DNA of 18,105 nt from positions 826-18,930 of the forward strand of contig CAYQYU010000016.1 in assembly GCA_964421955.1 (NCBI GenBank). Reading direction: 5' to 3'. Origin of the DNA: an uncultured archaeon. GTDB lineage: Archaea > Nanohalarchaeota > Nanosalinia > Nanosalinales > Nanosalinaceae. The position numbers and the translations under genes are program-made. Position 1 is the stretch's first letter; each line of letters starts with the position of its first letter. The notes beneath the pieces are model-generated. The model was not told the origin of the DNA and ran no database searches. It saw only the letters and a list, made by a program, of their open reading frames with translations. This document shows, piece after piece, positions 16,877 to 18,105 of this stretch.

Positions 16877-17752
16877 CTAACTTCTGGAGCTGTATTTCAT
16901 CTCTATCTCTCCCATCCTGCTTCTCCTGTCCTGGTTGAGCCTTTCCGCGAAGAGCATAACATCTTTCTCTGCCTCCTCCACATTTCTCTGGTCGTGGTGT
17001 TCGACCAGGGTTAGATATTTTGTGGGTAAAGGTCCGGGACCCGTTGAGCCGTGAGAGTCCTTCTCGGGGTAGTTCTCCTCCTGTAATGCGGCTCTCATCT
17101 TGAGCTGGATTGCTGCACCAAACTCTTCCAGGTACCCCGGGTTTCCCCTGGATCTATTGTCTGAAAGTTTCTCGGCTATCTCGCCGCCCACCTTGTGTTT
17201 CCTCCAGGCAACTGTCTCGAAAAGGGCTGCCGCGTCAGCCAGTTCTCCGGAATTCTCGCTAAAGAAGCTCTGGACTGTTATACCGGTCTCTCTCCTGAAA
17301 CAGTCGTATACTCTTTCCCAGTCCCCCAGGTCTTTTTTCCTGAAATCCGCCTCCTTTTTACCGGTATTCAGGTAGATCTTCTCACGGTCATATCCGTCGT
17401 CTCTAAACATTTTCCCTGTTTTTAAGTCTCCTCCGCTGTCTCTGAACCTTTCCTCTACAGTATCTTTTGCGAACAGGGCATCAGCGTAGCAAAAGCCTGC
17501 TTCAACTCTTTTTTCAACAGGGATGTGGAGATAGGTCATCGCCCTGTTCAGGCCTGCCACCGTATAGGCTTTCTCCACCTCTTCCCGGTCATGAGAAAGC
17601 ATTGTGGTTATAAGCGATTTCGAGAATGAGCTCCCGAAATCAGGATCCTCAACCAGTTCCTGGTCCGATCCGTAGAGGTCTTTGAATTTCCCTATCGCTC
17701 TGGTTTTGAGCTCCTCTCTCTTCGATTCGGGTAGCTCGGTTTCTAACTCCAT
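16877..17752 (-). CDS. Hypothetical protein
   Basis: 291-aa charged, probably helical ORF, co-oriented 44 bp upstream of the UbiB-family gene. No family recognised. Confidence 0.78.
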   Translation of the reverse strand: MELETELPESKREELKTRAIGKFKDLYGSDQELVEDPDFGSSFSKSLITTMLSHDREEVEKAYTVAGLNRAMTYLHIPVEKRVEAGFCYADALFAKDTVEERFRDSGGDLKTGKMFRDDGYDREKIYLNTGKKEADFRKKDLGDWERVYDCFRRETGITVQSFFSENSGELADAAALFETVAWRKHKVGGEIAEKLSDNRSRGNPGYLEEFGAAIQLKMRAALQEENYPEKDSHGSTGPGPLPTKYLTLVEHHDQRNVEEAEKDVMLFAERLNQDRRSRMGEIEMKYSSRS

Positions 17753-17813
17753 CGTGCTATGATTGGATAGAGAGTATTATTTCTTTATCGGTCAAGGATG
17801 GAAGTCAACTCTC

Positions 17814-17956
17814 TTTCCCCGAGAAATATTTCTTGGAAAAAGGAATGTGAAAATAGGAGAGACGGGCGAAGATCAGAGACCTTCTTGACCACGCAAACTG
17901 GCAAACAGTTTGGTGGAAAATGTAGTTAGCTACCCGTTTTTGATATCGGGTAGCTA
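17814..17956 (-). terminator. 16S 3' trailer with stem-loops and a pyrimidine-rich tract (processing/termination region)
   Basis: Inverted repeats at 17927-17936/17947-17956 (perfect 10 bp), 17889-17916 (11 bp with a 1-nt bulge) and 17819-17836 (imperfect). The minus strand reads TTTCACATTCCTTTTT between them. Confidence 0.5.
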
Positions 17957-17964
17957 GTTTTTCT

Positions 17965-18105
17965 GGAGGTGATCCAGCCGCGGGTTCCCCCACGGCTACC
18001 TTGTTATGACTTAGCCCCCCTTGCCAAGCTCAGACTTGGGCCTGGAAATCCAGGTCCTCGTCTGAACCTGACTCGGGTGACTTGACAGGCGGTGTGTACA
18101 AGGAG
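17965..18105 (-). rRNA. rrs: 16S rRNA, 3' terminal portion (continues beyond the window)
   Basis: Minus strand reads CTCCTTGTACACACCGCCTGTCA...h44...AAGTCATAACAAGGTAGCCGTGGGGGAACCCGCGGCTGGATCACCTCC, an archaeal-type h44/h45 with anti-SD. Confidence 0.97.

Noticed and set aside
17805-17993. 62-aa ORF on the minus strand
   Set aside because: Starts inside the 16S rRNA and crosses the structured trailer; its composition is not halophilic.

Overview
Archaeal chromosomal window with a strongly acidic predicted proteome and short intergenic gaps. It most resembles a Nanohaloarchaeota/DPANN halophile; this is inferred from the acidic proteins, compact layout, archaeal 16S 3' end and unlinked 16S, not from a database search. 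Left to right: (1) a copper module made of a CopB-type P1B ATPase, a small Met/Gly-rich membrane protein, a divergent PadR regulator fused to a metallothionein-like Cys domain with a palindromic operator candidate, a secreted Met/Gln/His-rich peptide and a DUF305 fragment out of frame across a G8 tract; (2) an orphan 355-aa gene; (3) SdpI plus a MacB-type ABC cassette (ATPase, COG1361 S-layer-domain protein, two tandem permeases); (4) three small orphan genes; (5) a possible isoprenoid-lipid handling cluster of a trans-polyprenyl synthase, an Hsp20-like protein, an ABC-2 permease with a long extracellular coiled coil, its ATPase, a UbiB/ABC1 atypical kinase and an orphan gene; (6) the 3' end of a 16S rRNA gene on the minus strand, with no downstream tRNA or 23S and a compensatory change in the decoding-site pair 1404-1497.
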